In this document: one piece after another, positions 1-10,616 of the stretch
How positions within the stretch are numbered: position 1 is the stretch's first letter
Layout of the letters: each line of letters begins with the position of its first letter
Source of the DNA: Terrisporobacter sp.
Lineage (GTDB): Bacteria; Bacillota; Clostridia; Peptostreptococcales; Peptostreptococcaceae
Assembly: GCF_017888745.1 (NCBI RefSeq)
Contig: NZ_JAGHFM010000290.1
Coordinates: 1 to 57,819 of the forward strand
Direction of reading: 5' to 3'
DNA: 57,819 nt
The notes under the pieces: generated by a model
Database searches by the model: none
What the model was told of the DNA's origin: nothing
What the model saw: the letters and a program-made list of their open reading frames with translations, nothing else
Program-made: the position numbers and the translations under genes

Positions 1-2829
1 GTCTATCTCTCCTTGTATCTCAGCCTGTCTATTTCTACTTGCTTCAGCTAATTTTTCAGAACGATTTACAAAATTATCAATTCCTTTTATTGCTAGTGAA
101 ATACCAACACCTGCTAAAGCCATAACACCAGCGTTTAATAGAGTAACTCCTGCATTTGCTGCTATAGCACCTAACTTAGTTGAAGTAAATCCTTTTGATA
201 ATTTTTCAGTTCCCTTACCAACCTTTTCTATGCTTACAGATGTCTTAGATGTAATATCCGTAGCCTTCTTTATTTCTTGAGAGAATCCATTAAAAGAACC
301 CTTTGCTTTTTTAGACTTAGAATCCAATCCATCTATGTAAGTTAACATTCCACCAAAAAGATTAGGAATCTCCTTATCATTTCCTAATGATTTTATAGTA
401 GTAAATAAACCACCAATAGTACCCAATACAACTGGAGTAGATATTCCCAATTTATCAAATGCTGATATTACATTATTAACAACATCTATTATAGACCTAA
501 GCCCGTCAACCATTCCACCAAACATATCTGATGATACTGTTGTTGTAACTAATTTCTTTAAAGAATCAGATAATCTGGTAAGTTTACCTTCCAAGCTATT
601 TATATATTTTTCATTCTCTTTGTCAGCACTCCCAATTGCCATACCCGAACTGATTTCTTTTTGTATCTTTTTAACTGTTTCCCAGTTGTCCATTAATGCT
701 GCAAATTGAGGCGCTCTATGTTTTCCACCTATAGCAATCATTAATGCTTGTTGTTGTGTTTTATTTAATGTGTCCCATTTTCCACCTAATTCATCTAAGA
801 CTAATCCCATATCTTTAAGTTCACCATTAGGCTTTTGAACATCAATTTTTGCGAATTGTTTAAGTGCTTTGGCAGATTTATTCATTGAAAGACTTCCATC
901 TTTTGCACTAACAGTAATACCTGTCATATTCATGGCAATAGCTTTTAAACCATTAGATGACATACCAGCATTCTGCATTATTTCGTCTATAGCAACAAAA
1001 TATGCCATACCATCTTCTAAACTAACATTCATAGCTTTTAATGCTGAACCAGTATTTTGCATACCCTGTGCTATACTTTGAGTAGAAGTTGCATAGTTAT
1101 TCCCCAAAAAGTTACTTGCATCAAGAACTCTATTCATCATAGAATAGTCTTGTGTTGCCCCTTGAATCTGAGTTCTAGTTCCTTTTAATGCATTTTCTAC
1201 ACCGCCATAACTTGATAATATTGAACGCAATGCTTTATCCGTATCTTCTTGTGTCATATCTGATACATTTGAAAATTTAGCACTTTCTTTTGCATATTGC
1301 AAAGCATCATTTACATTCTTAAATCCTGATTGCAATGCGTTAGAGGTAGAATTTATAATATCAACAGAACTTTTTGCGACTTCTTGACCTACACTTGCTG
1401 CATGATCTCTTACACTATTTAATTCTTCTTTAGTACCTCTAAATGATTCAGGAGCAACTTTCATTAAATCTCTAAAAGCACTATCTAATTCAACTATTGT
1501 ATCTTTTATTGCATATACTCCAGTTTGTAATCCATCTGCTAATATATTTCCAATTGAAAATGCAGCAATAGATGAATTTAATTCTTTAAAGAATCCATTA
1601 GTAGCCTTTGTTTCTGTTTTTACTCCACTTAAACCACTTTTAAAAGTTTTAACTGATGTACCTACTCTTTCTAATTCCTTCGCTTGCCTACTTAAATCTA
1701 AATTTCCAATTTCTCTTAATTCTTGCTCAAACGAATCTAATTGTGAAGTCGATGTTCCTAATTCAACACATTTTTGCCTTAATTGGTCTATTTGAGATTG
1801 AATTTTATCAAATGATGCACTGGAAGTACTTAGCTGTTTAAATTCATTAGAAACACTATTTATTGAACTTTTTAAATATTCTAATTGTTGAGTTGCTGTT
1901 TCTGAATTTGGATTTATTTTGATATCATTTAGTTGCTTTATTTTATTAATTAAATTATCAATGGAAGAGGTATCTAAATATGTGTTATTACCCTTTATTT
2001 GATTAAGTTTGTCAATCATACCATCCACTGATGATTTAGCCTTATCTACTTGACTTGTAAATTGTTGATTCCATGTTAAGGTTTTTAATCTACTTTGAAC
2101 TTGACTTATAGCAGTTTCCAATTTAGCCATATCACTATATGACTCTTTAGAATTTATGATATTATCAAGTTTCGCATTCCCTAAACTATTAAGAGTATTT
2201 TTCAACTTCTCAATTTCTTTAACCTGAACTGAAGTTAAATTTTTATTTTTAGAGAATCCTTCAAGTTTAGTTTGTGTATTTTCTATTTTCTGTTGTAAAG
2301 TTTGAAATGATTTTGCTAGATTTTGAGTTAAATCAGGTGATTTGCCCATTTTATTTAATGCTTGAAGAGTGCTTTCTGATTTCTTTTGCACCTTATCTAA
2401 TTGTTTTTCTAATACCTCATAAGATTGAGCATTAGTAGTTTTAGACATTTGATTTTGAAGTGATTTTATCTTAGCTTGACATCTATCGTATTCCTTAGTC
2501 AAGTTTTTTACAGTATTCGCAGTATTATTAATGCCTGCTGTATTAGATGAAGTATTTCCTCCTAATAATGTCTTTTGAACATCCTTACTCATCTTATTTA
2601 TTTCTTTTAATGTTGTCTTTATTGAATTCAAATTGTTCAATTGCTTAGGATTTAATTTAAATGCATTATTCATGACCTGTTGCAACTGATTCATTTCTGT
2701 TTTGAAACTCGATGTATCAAACTTTAATTTAATTTTATTTTTTTCTAATTGAGATATAAGATTTTCTAACTCGGCTTTACTTTTACCTTCTTCAACTTCT
2801 GTTGTTAATCTAATTCTAAAGTCTGCCAA
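1..2829 (-). CDS. Tail tape measure protein (5' part; runs off the window edge)
   Basis: Absent from the ORF track because no stop lies in the window. TTG start at 2829 after RBS AAAGGTGGTG; the stretches translated by hand read MADFRIRLTTEVEEGK...ELDSAFRDLMKV...GNNYATSTQSIAQGMQNTGSAL...GGKHRAPQFAALMDNW, a TP901-type tape-measure core, downstream of tail genes. Confidence 0.9.
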   Translation of the reverse strand, partial: MADFRIRLTTEVEEGKSKAELENLISQLEKNKIKLKFDTSSFKTEMNQLQQVMNNAFKLNPKQLNNLNSIKTTLKEINKMSKDVQKTLLGGNTSSNTAGINNTANTVKNLTKEYDRCQAKIKSLQNQMSKTTNAQSYEVLEKQLDKVQKKSESTLQALNKMGKSPDLTQNLAKSFQTLQQKIENTQTKLEGFSKNKNLTSVQVKEIEKLKNTLNSLGNAKLDNIINSKESYSDMAKLETAISQVQSRLKTLTWNQQFTSQVDKAKSSVDGMIDKLNQIKGNNTYLDTSSIDNLINKIKQLNDIKINPNSETATQQLEYLKSSINSVSNEFKQLSTSSASFDKIQSQIDQLRQKCVELGTSTSQLDSFEQELREIGNLDLSRQAKELERVGTSVKTFKSGLSGVKTETKATNGFFKELNSSIAAFSIGNILADGLQTGVYAIKDTIVELDSAFRDLMKVAPESFRGTKEELNSVRDHAASVGQEVAKSSVDIINSTSNALQSGFKNVNDALQYAKESAKFSNVSDMTQEDTDKALRSILSSYGGVENALKGTRTQIQGATQDYSMMNRVLDASNFLGNNYATSTQSIAQGMQNTGSALKAMNVSLEDGMAYFVAIDEIMQNAGMSSNGLKAIAMNMTGITVSAKDGSLSMNKSAKALKQFAKIDVQKPNGELKDMGLVLDELGGKWDTLNKTQQQALMIAIGGKHRAPQFAALMDNWETVKKIQKEISSGMAIGSADKENEKYINSLEGKLTRLSDSLKKLVTTTVSSDMFGGMVDGLRSIIDVVNNVISAFDKLGISTPVVLGTIGGLFTTIKSLGNDKEIPNLFGGMLTYIDGLDSKSKKAKGSFNGFSQEIKKATDITSKTSVSIEKVGKGTEKLSKGFTSTKLGAIAANAGVTLLNAGVMALAGVGISLAIKGIDNFVNRSEKLAEASRNRQAEIQGEID

Positions 2830-2858
2830 TTTATATCACCACCTTTAATTTATCGCAT

Positions 2859-2886
2859 AAAAAAAACCACTCTATGCAAAAGTGGT
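2859..2886 (-). terminator. Intrinsic terminator upstream of tape measure gene
   Basis: ACCACT/AGTGGT stem followed by a T8 run on the minus strand. Confidence 0.6.
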
Positions 2887-2896
2887 AATTTTAATA

Positions 2897-3343
2897 TTAT
2901 TCAATTGGTATACCTCTACTTCTTAAAAAATTAACTAATAATCTTGGTATTTCGGATTCACATTTACTTACTGATTCTTCCATTATATTAGTAGCAGGTA
3001 GATATGAAGGACTATTATCTGTATGACCTTTACTCCAAACTTTTCCGCTTTCAAACCTTTCCATAGGATAAGCATGGTTGCCTGTTTTAATATCTGTCCA
3101 ATCACCATTATCTCGAAATTCAACAGTAACAGAATCCTTATCCACCTCTACTATTCCAGGCGAATCTTCCATTTGTCCTGTTCTTTTATATTGATTTGGA
3201 CTATAACTTGCATATATTTGATGCATAATTTCATTCTTCATTATTTCTTCCATTTCATGCCCCATTTCATTCATTCCTGTGGCAACAATACTCTCAATAT
3301 ATGCGACTATATCATCAAGACTATTGAACGTCATTATCATCAT
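2897..3343 (-). CDS. Putative tail completion / HK97 gp10-like protein
   Basis: YSPNQYKRTG motif, size and position in the tail module. Confidence 0.5.
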   Translation of the reverse strand: MMIMTFNSLDDIVAYIESIVATGMNEMGHEMEEIMKNEIMHQIYASYSPNQYKRTGQMEDSPGIVEVDKDSVTVEFRDNGDWTDIKTGNHAYPMERFESGKVWSKGHTDNSPSYLPATNIMEESVSKCESEIPRLLVNFLRSRGIPIE

Positions 3344-3818
3344 CCTTTTTAGAAAATTCTTTTTCTAATTTCTTTATATTTTTATCAACTTTCTTACATT
3401 CTTCAGTTACAAGTAATGTTTCTTGAGTTTTTAGTAACATTAACTTAGCATATTCTGTACTTTGTAAATCACATAAGTTTCTATATTTCTCTAACATTTC
3501 TTCAGTTTGTATCTCATATATAATGTCATATACTTCTTGCATTACTTTAAGCATGCTTCCTGTTGGTGCATTTAAAACTTCTATAAGTTCATCGTCTATA
3601 ACTATATTAGTGCAATTCATAAAAACATCAGTATAAACTTCTTCAATTAGTTTTATATCCTCTAATCCCTTTTGGGCTGCTTCAGATAATTTATTTTTTA
3701 ATTCGTTTCTTTCTTCGCCTAATAAATTATAAATAACTACTTCTTGTATATCTCCGTTTATATCCACATTAAAAGTTTTTCTTATTTTATCTACTTTTAA
3801 ATCACTTAAATTTATCAT
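3321..3818 (-). CDS. Putative tail assembly chaperone
   Basis: Acidic helical 165 aa protein with RBS GGAGGGAG, upstream of the tape measure gene. Confidence 0.5.
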   Translation of the reverse strand: MINLSDLKVDKIRKTFNVDINGDIQEVVIYNLLGEERNELKNKLSEAAQKGLEDIKLIEEVYTDVFMNCTNIVIDDELIEVLNAPTGSMLKVMQEVYDIIYEIQTEEMLEKYRNLCDLQSTEYAKLMLLKTQETLLVTEECKKVDKNIKKLEKEFSKKDDDNDVQ

Positions 3819-3836
3819 ATATTATCTCCCTCCAAT

Positions 3837-3861
3837 AAAAAAGAGTAGGGCAAACCTACTC
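3837..3861 (-). terminator. Intrinsic terminator of lipoprotein gene
   Basis: GAGTAGG-TTTGC-CCTACTC followed by a T run. Confidence 0.75.
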
Positions 3862-3868
3862 CATATAC

Positions 3869-4510
3869 TTAATATTCCTCATCATTTTCTTTAAATCTAT
3901 ACATTTTTCGTTCCAATTCGTATAATGATTCTGAATCAAGACCATATTCTTCATCTAATTCAAATTGTAAATCTTTAAGATTTTTTTCAACTCTACCTTC
4001 CTCACTTACAACAACATTAGACAAGGTAGCAATATCATCTATCATAATACACTCATCCGCTCTAAGTGATCCATCGTCATAATATGATATCATTTTATCT
4101 AAATAGGCCAATCTTCTTTTCGTCATTAAATAATTATAATTTATTTTTATAAAATTATAATCTTCTTCACTTTGAGTAGTACCTTTGTATTCAACCATAT
4201 AATTATGAAAATCTTGTAATTTATCTAACGATATTTTCTTCAATTCCCTAGAATATTCATTTATCACTTCGGTATTATCACTTATTTTAATATAAGCCTC
4301 TTCTTGTTCATCTTTATCATCAGATTCCCATATTACATTGGTATTTTCTTTTACATCCTCTATCATATCATGAGTTTTATTATAATATGATGTGATATCG
4401 TCCTCTTGTTTTTTATATTCATCTATTTTTTCTACATTCATTTTATTACCACAGGCAGTTAAACTTCCACATAATACTAAAACTAACCCTAAACCAAATA
4501 TTTTATTCAT
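3869..4510 (-). CDS. Lipoprotein (moron-like; possible superinfection exclusion)
   Basis: Start reassigned to ATG 4510 (RBS GAGGTG); signal peptide MNKIFGLGLVLVLCGS with lipobox LTAC; own terminator. Confidence 0.75.
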   Translation of the reverse strand: MNKIFGLGLVLVLCGSLTACGNKMNVEKIDEYKKQEDDITSYYNKTHDMIEDVKENTNVIWESDDKDEQEEAYIKISDNTEVINEYSRELKKISLDKLQDFHNYMVEYKGTTQSEEDYNFIKINYNYLMTKRRLAYLDKMISYYDDGSLRADECIMIDDIATLSNVVVSEEGRVEKNLKDLQFELDEEYGLDSESLYELERKMYRFKENDEEY

Positions 4511-4671
4511 CCCTACACCTCTTTTATTAATTATATACTTTAATAATATCATTAGCATATAAAATTAACAATTAAAAGTATTCGACAAATTATTAACTTA
4601 AAATTCATTCCTGAAACTATTGCAAATACTAGAGTGTAGGAATGAACTGACCTAATAAAAATGATATTTTA

Positions 4672-7600
4672 TTACTTCTCTAGTTGTTCTAATATTTTTT
4701 TAACTTCTTCTCTGTATCTAAGAGGCACTTCATCTATTGTTTTAAGCCCTCTTATGACCATTGCTACATATAAATCCACCATTTTACTCACCATCCTTTC
4801 ATTTATTTGTAATCTCTGTGGTACTGATTGTAATAATGGTTCTAACATCATATACATTTCATCAGTAGCACATAAAGAAACATTTATTAGATCATCCTGA
4901 TTTTTATTTGTTTCCTCCATTGCTGGAATACTAGGTATATAACTTGTATAAGTAAACTTACTTTCCACTGGAATAATAGTATCTATACTTATTGTAGAGT
5001 TATCGAATATATCTAATACCCATCTTGGAAGTTGTGGTGTAATTGGTTCAAAGTGTGGTTCTAAAACTTCATAAACTACTTTACAATGATTCTTTTGTAA
5101 CCACTTTTTAAATCCTGCTTCATCTTTAGTTTCCAATTTACTATTATATATTTGAACATAACAACGATTAGTACCAGCATCAAATGTTATACCTTCTCTA
5201 TTGTGCTGTGAGTCATATGCCTTTTGATAAAAACTAAATAAATCACATAAAACAGGTTTTGCCACCCCATTAGAAGGGAAATTTAAATAAAAAACAGAAG
5301 TTTGATTTCCAACTTCATTGTAAAGTTTCCAATCTTCATCACCATTATATATAATACTTTGTCTCTTATGTAATACTCCTAACTGACCATTCTGTACACA
5401 TATTTCATTGCCTTTTAAAGGTGGGTTATCCAAGAAAATACTTGTTTTATATTCTTTGTAATCCTCATATTGAGTTGCTTGAGTTCCTTCTTCTACTTGT
5501 ACTCTAACATTATTTATAAAGTTATCTACATCTGTAATAGCACTATATTGAGTTATTGCAATATATTTATAGTTAGTTATAACCATGCCATTAATATCAA
5601 TTATTCCATTTGTTACCTCTATATCACTTATATTTTTACCTGATGTCCTACCCATGAAATTTTTGTTTTCATCATAAAAGGCTATAAAACTCTTATAATT
5701 AAAATCTAGTCCACTTACAAAATAATCTTTCGTATAATCTAATTCTATATAATCTGTTCTTACAGATGTTTTATTAGTATCGTCAAAAACTCCAGTAGTT
5801 GATGTTGTATAACCTTTATACCAACCACTAAACTTATTTTTACCAACAACTTTAATACCAACCCTATACTTACCTAAGTTTTCTGCTTTCTCAAGTCCAC
5901 TATCTACCATTTTTTGAGTTATCTTTTTATCCTCAAAAGCACTTAACATTCCACTAAAATAAGGTGTCTGAGGTGTATCTCCTTCAAATACTTCCACATC
6001 TCTTGAAATCAATCCTTTACCATATAATCTTAAATAATTATCTGTAAGAGTTGCTCCAGTTGTTATTTTGTTTGAAGTATTTACTGTTCCTCCAAGGTTA
6101 TATTTAGCCGTTCCACTTCCAGTTCTAATATCGTGGATAGAGTATAAAGTCGAAGGTTTTAGCATACACTCTATCCCTGTATTTTTTATCTTTTGATTAC
6201 AAGGAATAACTGTATTAGTAGATATATGAGTTACCTCTGCATAAGTAGGGTATTCGTTATCTAAATCTTTTATTTCTTCGTATATTGGTGTAGCTAGTTC
6301 ATATATAACTGTGATTGGATTAGCTTGTAACCACTTCTTAAATCCAGCTAAATCTGCTGTTTCTAGTTTAGATTTCAAAATGTTAATAACTAAATTTGTG
6401 TTTGTTCCCACAAATCTTATACACTCTTGATTATTTGCAACAGTATCAATACCTTTAGCGTCTATAAACTTATCACAAACAACATTACTACCAAAACCTT
6501 TAGCATTTGAAATTCTTACATACATATTTATTAAGGAAGTATTTGTAGGCTGCCAAGAATTAACACCCCAATTTTCACTACCATTTAATACAACCTCTGC
6601 ACAAACCCTTTTTTCGTGAGTTTTATTTTCAATCTTTGTAGTCGTATCTCTTGCTACACCTTCTATTCCCCTAAGAGGCTCATCTAATAAAATTACTTTT
6701 TTATGATGTTTATGTGGTGTATAAGGAACATTTTCAATTCCTTCTGTTAAAGATAAAGTATCTAAATCTATATAAGTTTTAGTTTCACTAACCTCATAAC
6801 CCCATGAACTATCTATACATTTAACTGTTTTGCCTTCGTCAGATATTAACGTTATAGTTTTCCAAACATTTGTGTCTAGCATATTTACAGAAGAAGTTGT
6901 TCCGTCAGTATATACAAATCTAAGATAAATACCTCTTTTTAACTCATTAAGTGCGTTTTCATAATAAACGTTATAAGTTAATCTATATTGAGTGTTAGGC
7001 TTAAATTTAAACGTATTAATCCATTCCTTATTAAATGTCTTAGTAGCTGTTACACAATTTTTATCTTGATAAGTCACATATTCCACAGGAGCGCCAGTTA
7101 AATTTATTTTTACCTCATTTACATCAAATAAGTTTTTATTATTCGTTTTAGTTTCTATCTTATATTTCTTTATACTTCCTTCAAAGTATTCTAAGTTAGA
7201 GTTTTCATAATCACCTTCCACTATTAAAAACCTTTTAGCAAACTTAACATAAGTGCCCTCATCAGTATCAGATTGAATTGCAAGGTCAACTTTAGTTGCA
7301 CCTACTTTGTTACATTTAAAGCGTATTTTATGAGTACCCACTTCGGAAGAAATCATAACATTACTTGCTAAGGGATAGGTACTTGTAGGATGTCCTCTTA
7401 ATACTAATGCAGTAGATTTTATAGTTGATTCTAATACTGTATAAACTAATGTGTATATTTTATCTTTTTCAAATGATGTAATTAATTCAAGCCCTTCTGT
7501 TATTCCTTGTTGCACTAATTTTATATATTCGTCTGTCTCACTACTTGAAGTTCCTACTAAACTAGTTCTTGTAACTAAATTAGTTAAAGTAACTTCTTCC

Positions 7601-9636
7601 CCAACACTTTTTATTCCTGTGAATGCTTCTGTTGGTATTGGTTTATTTGTGTAGTCTCCTTCTAAAACAATAATATCCACCTTTGGTAATGTTGCTTTTT
7701 CTGTAGATACATAAACTAACATATAATTTTCATTAGCTTTAGTTGTGAATATATGTGAATTACCTCCATTTAAGACCCTCATATAAGCAGAACTTACTTT
7801 AGTTCCTATATTGTTATCATCAAATAAACAAATATTGCCTCTATCTGAAACGGTTAATTTCTTCACAGTATAAGTTGTGTTAGGTTTAACCGAATACTCA
7901 TAACATAGTACAGTAGAGTTATTAGTTATAACAATTGAATCTATACCATTACTTGCATCACCACTAGGGAAATAATCAACTTGTTTGCCAGGTAAGTTAT
8001 TTAAACTTAATCCTTCTAATTCTATATCTACTAATCCACCCTCTACGGTATCATTGATAGTACATGTAGTTCCTTCTATATTTATCTCATCATTTAATAT
8101 TAATTCTTTATTTTGTTTAGCACAGTTAACTAAAGTATTTCCTTTTATATAATTAACCGTTGCAGTACCTTTCTTGGAACTGTCTAGTTTAATGTTGTTA
8201 CTATTACTTTCTAATTCCATTTCTCCGCTAGTACTATTGAATAAAGTATCTAGTTTAGCATTTTGAACTGCATTGATATTTTCTATAGAAGATATTTTTT
8301 TATCTCTTTCTATATTAGATTGATTTATTTGAGATAAACTTTCATCTACTTGACTTTTAATTGCTAAATGTGATATATCTTGATGTTCTGACAATTTATT
8401 ATTCCAAGTTTCTTTTTCTGCATCCGTTACAAATCTATGCTCATTATCTTGTGTTATGATAGATGGTTCATGATTCTCAGGATGAACATAATTGTTTGCA
8501 TTATCTTCTACATTTGCAAGTTTTGTCTTTTCAGCAGTGCTATAATTATTTTCCGTTGCAACATATCCTTCACTATTAACCTTTTTAGCAAGTTCTGCAT
8601 TTACATAATCGTTAGATGCCTTAGTTCCTATTTGATTGGCAACTGTAGTAGCAAAATTAGGACCATTTCCTAATGCTGTTGCTAATTCATTTAAAGTATC
8701 AAGTGTTTCAGGTGCAGAATTTACAATAGAAGCAACTTTATCATCTACATAAACTTCAGTAGCTAAACCATCTATAGAAGGTATATCTGGTTTTTCAGTT
8801 AAATCATTATACGAACCACTAAACTCAGATTTATTATTCCATACATCCTTTTCTTCATCTGTAACAAACCTATGAGTAGCATCTTGAGTAATAATATTAG
8901 GTTCATGATTGATTGGATGAGTATAATTATTAGCATTTTCCGCTATACCATTTAATTTAGTATCTTTTTCTGTTGTAAAGTCAACTGTAGAAAGTCCTTT
9001 ACCCTCAATCTTATCTACTTTAGAATCATTTAATTCATTTATACCTCCAACTACAGTTTTATCAATAGTATTTAATCGTTCATCCTCTAGTTTCTGATAT
9101 TTACTTAAATTTACTATACTTCCTCCATTTTGTTGTAAATATCTAACTTCATCAATAAGTTGTTTCAAAACTGGAACATCAGGATCGGGTTCTATTTCAA
9201 TATTCAACCCTGTTACTACCGATTCTTTGACCACATATTCAAAAGGCTCACAAGTTACTACTTCTTCACGACCATTCACCATACAGGTAATTTCAAGTTC
9301 ACATATATATTTTCCAACTTGGTCTGTAAAATTTTGTGGCATGTCAAACAAGTATACCGCACCATTTCCCATGACACTTTCATCTTGCACAACACCTGTC
9401 AGTTCAACCAACATTGTTGTCTTTGGTTTTACAACAGTTAACTTGACATTATAATTACTGGCTTCTTCTTTATTTACAAATCCTACAATACTCGGGTTGG
9501 TACTCATAGTTATTTGTAATTTTACAAATAAATTTGCTATGTTTTTATCAGTGTTGTAAAATGACATATTTGGACTTGTAATTTTACCACTCTTTAAGTC
9601 CGCTATAACTAAGTAATCTCTATTTATATTTGCCAT
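4672..9636 (-). CDS. Large baseplate-upper (BppU-like) / tail fibre protein with C-terminal CD1375-like segment
   Basis: Start at ATG 9636 after AAGGAGG; N-terminal FYNTDKNIANLFVKL...FTDQVGKYICEL BppU-type domain; fibre motifs APETLDTLNELATALGN, duplicated NANNYxHP..HRFVTD and GFKKWLQ blocks. Confidence 0.8.
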   Translation of the reverse strand: MANINRDYLVIADLKSGKITSPNMSFYNTDKNIANLFVKLQITMSTNPSIVGFVNKEEASNYNVKLTVVKPKTTMLVELTGVVQDESVMGNGAVYLFDMPQNFTDQVGKYICELEITCMVNGREEVVTCEPFEYVVKESVVTGLNIEIEPDPDVPVLKQLIDEVRYLQQNGGSIVNLSKYQKLEDERLNTIDKTVVGGINELNDSKVDKIEGKGLSTVDFTTEKDTKLNGIAENANNYTHPINHEPNIITQDATHRFVTDEEKDVWNNKSEFSGSYNDLTEKPDIPSIDGLATEVYVDDKVASIVNSAPETLDTLNELATALGNGPNFATTVANQIGTKASNDYVNAELAKKVNSEGYVATENNYSTAEKTKLANVEDNANNYVHPENHEPSIITQDNEHRFVTDAEKETWNNKLSEHQDISHLAIKSQVDESLSQINQSNIERDKKISSIENINAVQNAKLDTLFNSTSGEMELESNSNNIKLDSSKKGTATVNYIKGNTLVNCAKQNKELILNDEINIEGTTCTINDTVEGGLVDIELEGLSLNNLPGKQVDYFPSGDASNGIDSIVITNNSTVLCYEYSVKPNTTYTVKKLTVSDRGNICLFDDNNIGTKVSSAYMRVLNGGNSHIFTTKANENYMLVYVSTEKATLPKVDIIVLEGDYTNKPIPTEAFTGIKSVGEEVTLTNLVTRTSLVGTSSSETDEYIKLVQQGITEGLELITSFEKDKIYTLVYTVLESTIKSTALVLRGHPTSTYPLASNVMISSEVGTHKIRFKCNKVGATKVDLAIQSDTDEGTYVKFAKRFLIVEGDYENSNLEYFEGSIKKYKIETKTNNKNLFDVNEVKINLTGAPVEYVTYQDKNCVTATKTFNKEWINTFKFKPNTQYRLTYNVYYENALNELKRGIYLRFVYTDGTTSSVNMLDTNVWKTITLISDEGKTVKCIDSSWGYEVSETKTYIDLDTLSLTEGIENVPYTPHKHHKKVILLDEPLRGIEGVARDTTTKIENKTHEKRVCAEVVLNGSENWGVNSWQPTNTSLINMYVRISNAKGFGSNVVCDKFIDAKGIDTVANNQECIRFVGTNTNLVINILKSKLETADLAGFKKWLQANPITVIYELATPIYEEIKDLDNEYPTYAEVTHISTNTVIPCNQKIKNTGIECMLKPSTLYSIHDIRTGSGTAKYNLGGTVNTSNKITTGATLTDNYLRLYGKGLISRDVEVFEGDTPQTPYFSGMLSAFEDKKITQKMVDSGLEKAENLGKYRVGIKVVGKNKFSGWYKGYTTSTTGVFDDTNKTSVRTDYIELDYTKDYFVSGLDFNYKSFIAFYDENKNFMGRTSGKNISDIEVTNGIIDINGMVITNYKYIAITQYSAITDVDNFINNVRVQVEEGTQATQYEDYKEYKTSIFLDNPPLKGNEICVQNGQLGVLHKRQSIIYNGDEDWKLYNEVGNQTSVFYLNFPSNGVAKPVLCDLFSFYQKAYDSQHNREGITFDAGTNRCYVQIYNSKLETKDEAGFKKWLQKNHCKVVYEVLEPHFEPITPQLPRWVLDIFDNSTISIDTIIPVESKFTYTSYIPSIPAMEETNKNQDDLINVSLCATDEMYMMLEPLLQSVPQRLQINERMVSKMVDLYVAMVIRGLKTIDEVPLRYREEVKKILEQLEK

Positions 9637-9930
9637 ATTAACCTCCTTTATAAAAATAATGGGTGAAGTTTCCGTTACTCCACCCAAGATCTATAATTTA
9701 TAAATAAAATTTATTTAATTTGTTTATAATATTAATAATCATTTTAGTTTATCAGATTGATTTGATTTTTTCTTTAGTTTATCAAATCGGATTTTCCCAT
9801 CTTTCGAGGTGGGATTTTTACTTTATTAAATAATTTAATTCTATAAAACACTTTATTATTTAAAATATATAGTAATTAAACTTTAATAAATAAAGCATAT
9901 TATACAATAAAATTAATTTTTATTTATATC

Positions 9931-9965
9931 AAAAAGTGTTAGCAGAAATTAATCCACTAACACTT
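9931..9965 (-). terminator. Intrinsic terminator after major tail protein
   Basis: AAGTGTTAG...CTAACACTT stem followed by a T run. Confidence 0.75.
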
Positions 9966-10062
9966 AATATTATTTAACTCTTTTTCTACCTCTCTTTGGC
10001 AATGATTCCTCATCATTTTCAGTAGATGTATTAGAGTGTAACTCTTCAGTTACCTTTGGTGC

Positions 10063-10563
10063 TTATGCCCCAACTCCGCCAACATTTTTATCTATTTCGT
10101 AGATTACTCCACCTTCATCTGCCATTGCATCGCAAGTAAGTGAGAATGAAGATATTTCTAATGCTGACATTCCAAATTCACCATTTGCTTGTGGTTTAAT
10201 TTTTTTGAATGTCATTTTCTTAACTTCTTCAGTTCCATCTGAATTAACAACAGTGAATATTCCTTCCATGCTATAGTATTTTGTAGGAATACTATCTTTA
10301 ACAGTTATTTTAGTACCTTCTAAAGTACCACCTACCATCATGGCCATTTGCTCATTTGTTAAAACTTCTGAATCCATTGTAAATGAAATTTTTCTTGATC
10401 CATCCATTATTATTGCATCTGCTCCATTTGCTCTAGCAGTTAATTGCTCAGATTCTGAAGAAACTGAGAATGAGTTTAAGTAGTCTATTTTTATTGGTGT
10501 ACCTGGTTCTTCACCTAATGCTGTTAATGTACATTTACATGCTGATTTTATTGCATAAAACAT
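10063..10563 (-). CDS. Major tail tube protein
   Basis: 166 aa acidic beta-rich protein, strong RBS GGAGGT, downstream of head-tail genes. Confidence 0.7.
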   Translation of the reverse strand: MFYAIKSACKCTLTALGEEPGTPIKIDYLNSFSVSSESEQLTARANGADAIIMDGSRKISFTMDSEVLTNEQMAMMVGGTLEGTKITVKDSIPTKYYSMEGIFTVVNSDGTEEVKKMTFKKIKPQANGEFGMSALEISSFSLTCDAMADEGGVIYEIDKNVGGVGA

Positions 10564-10616
10564 AATATTACCTCCAATTTTATTAATTTTATATTTTTAT
10601 AAATAAAAAAGGTACG

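Noticed and set aside
869..3352. Plus-strand ORFs 869, 1656 and 3023, and similar short antisense ORFs throughout the track
   Set aside because: They are shadows of long opposite-strand genes, with no RBS and unnatural composition
4672..9636. Diversity-generating retroelement target in the fibre gene
   Set aside because: No reverse transcriptase in the window, and the internal repeats are divergent rather than adenine-specific
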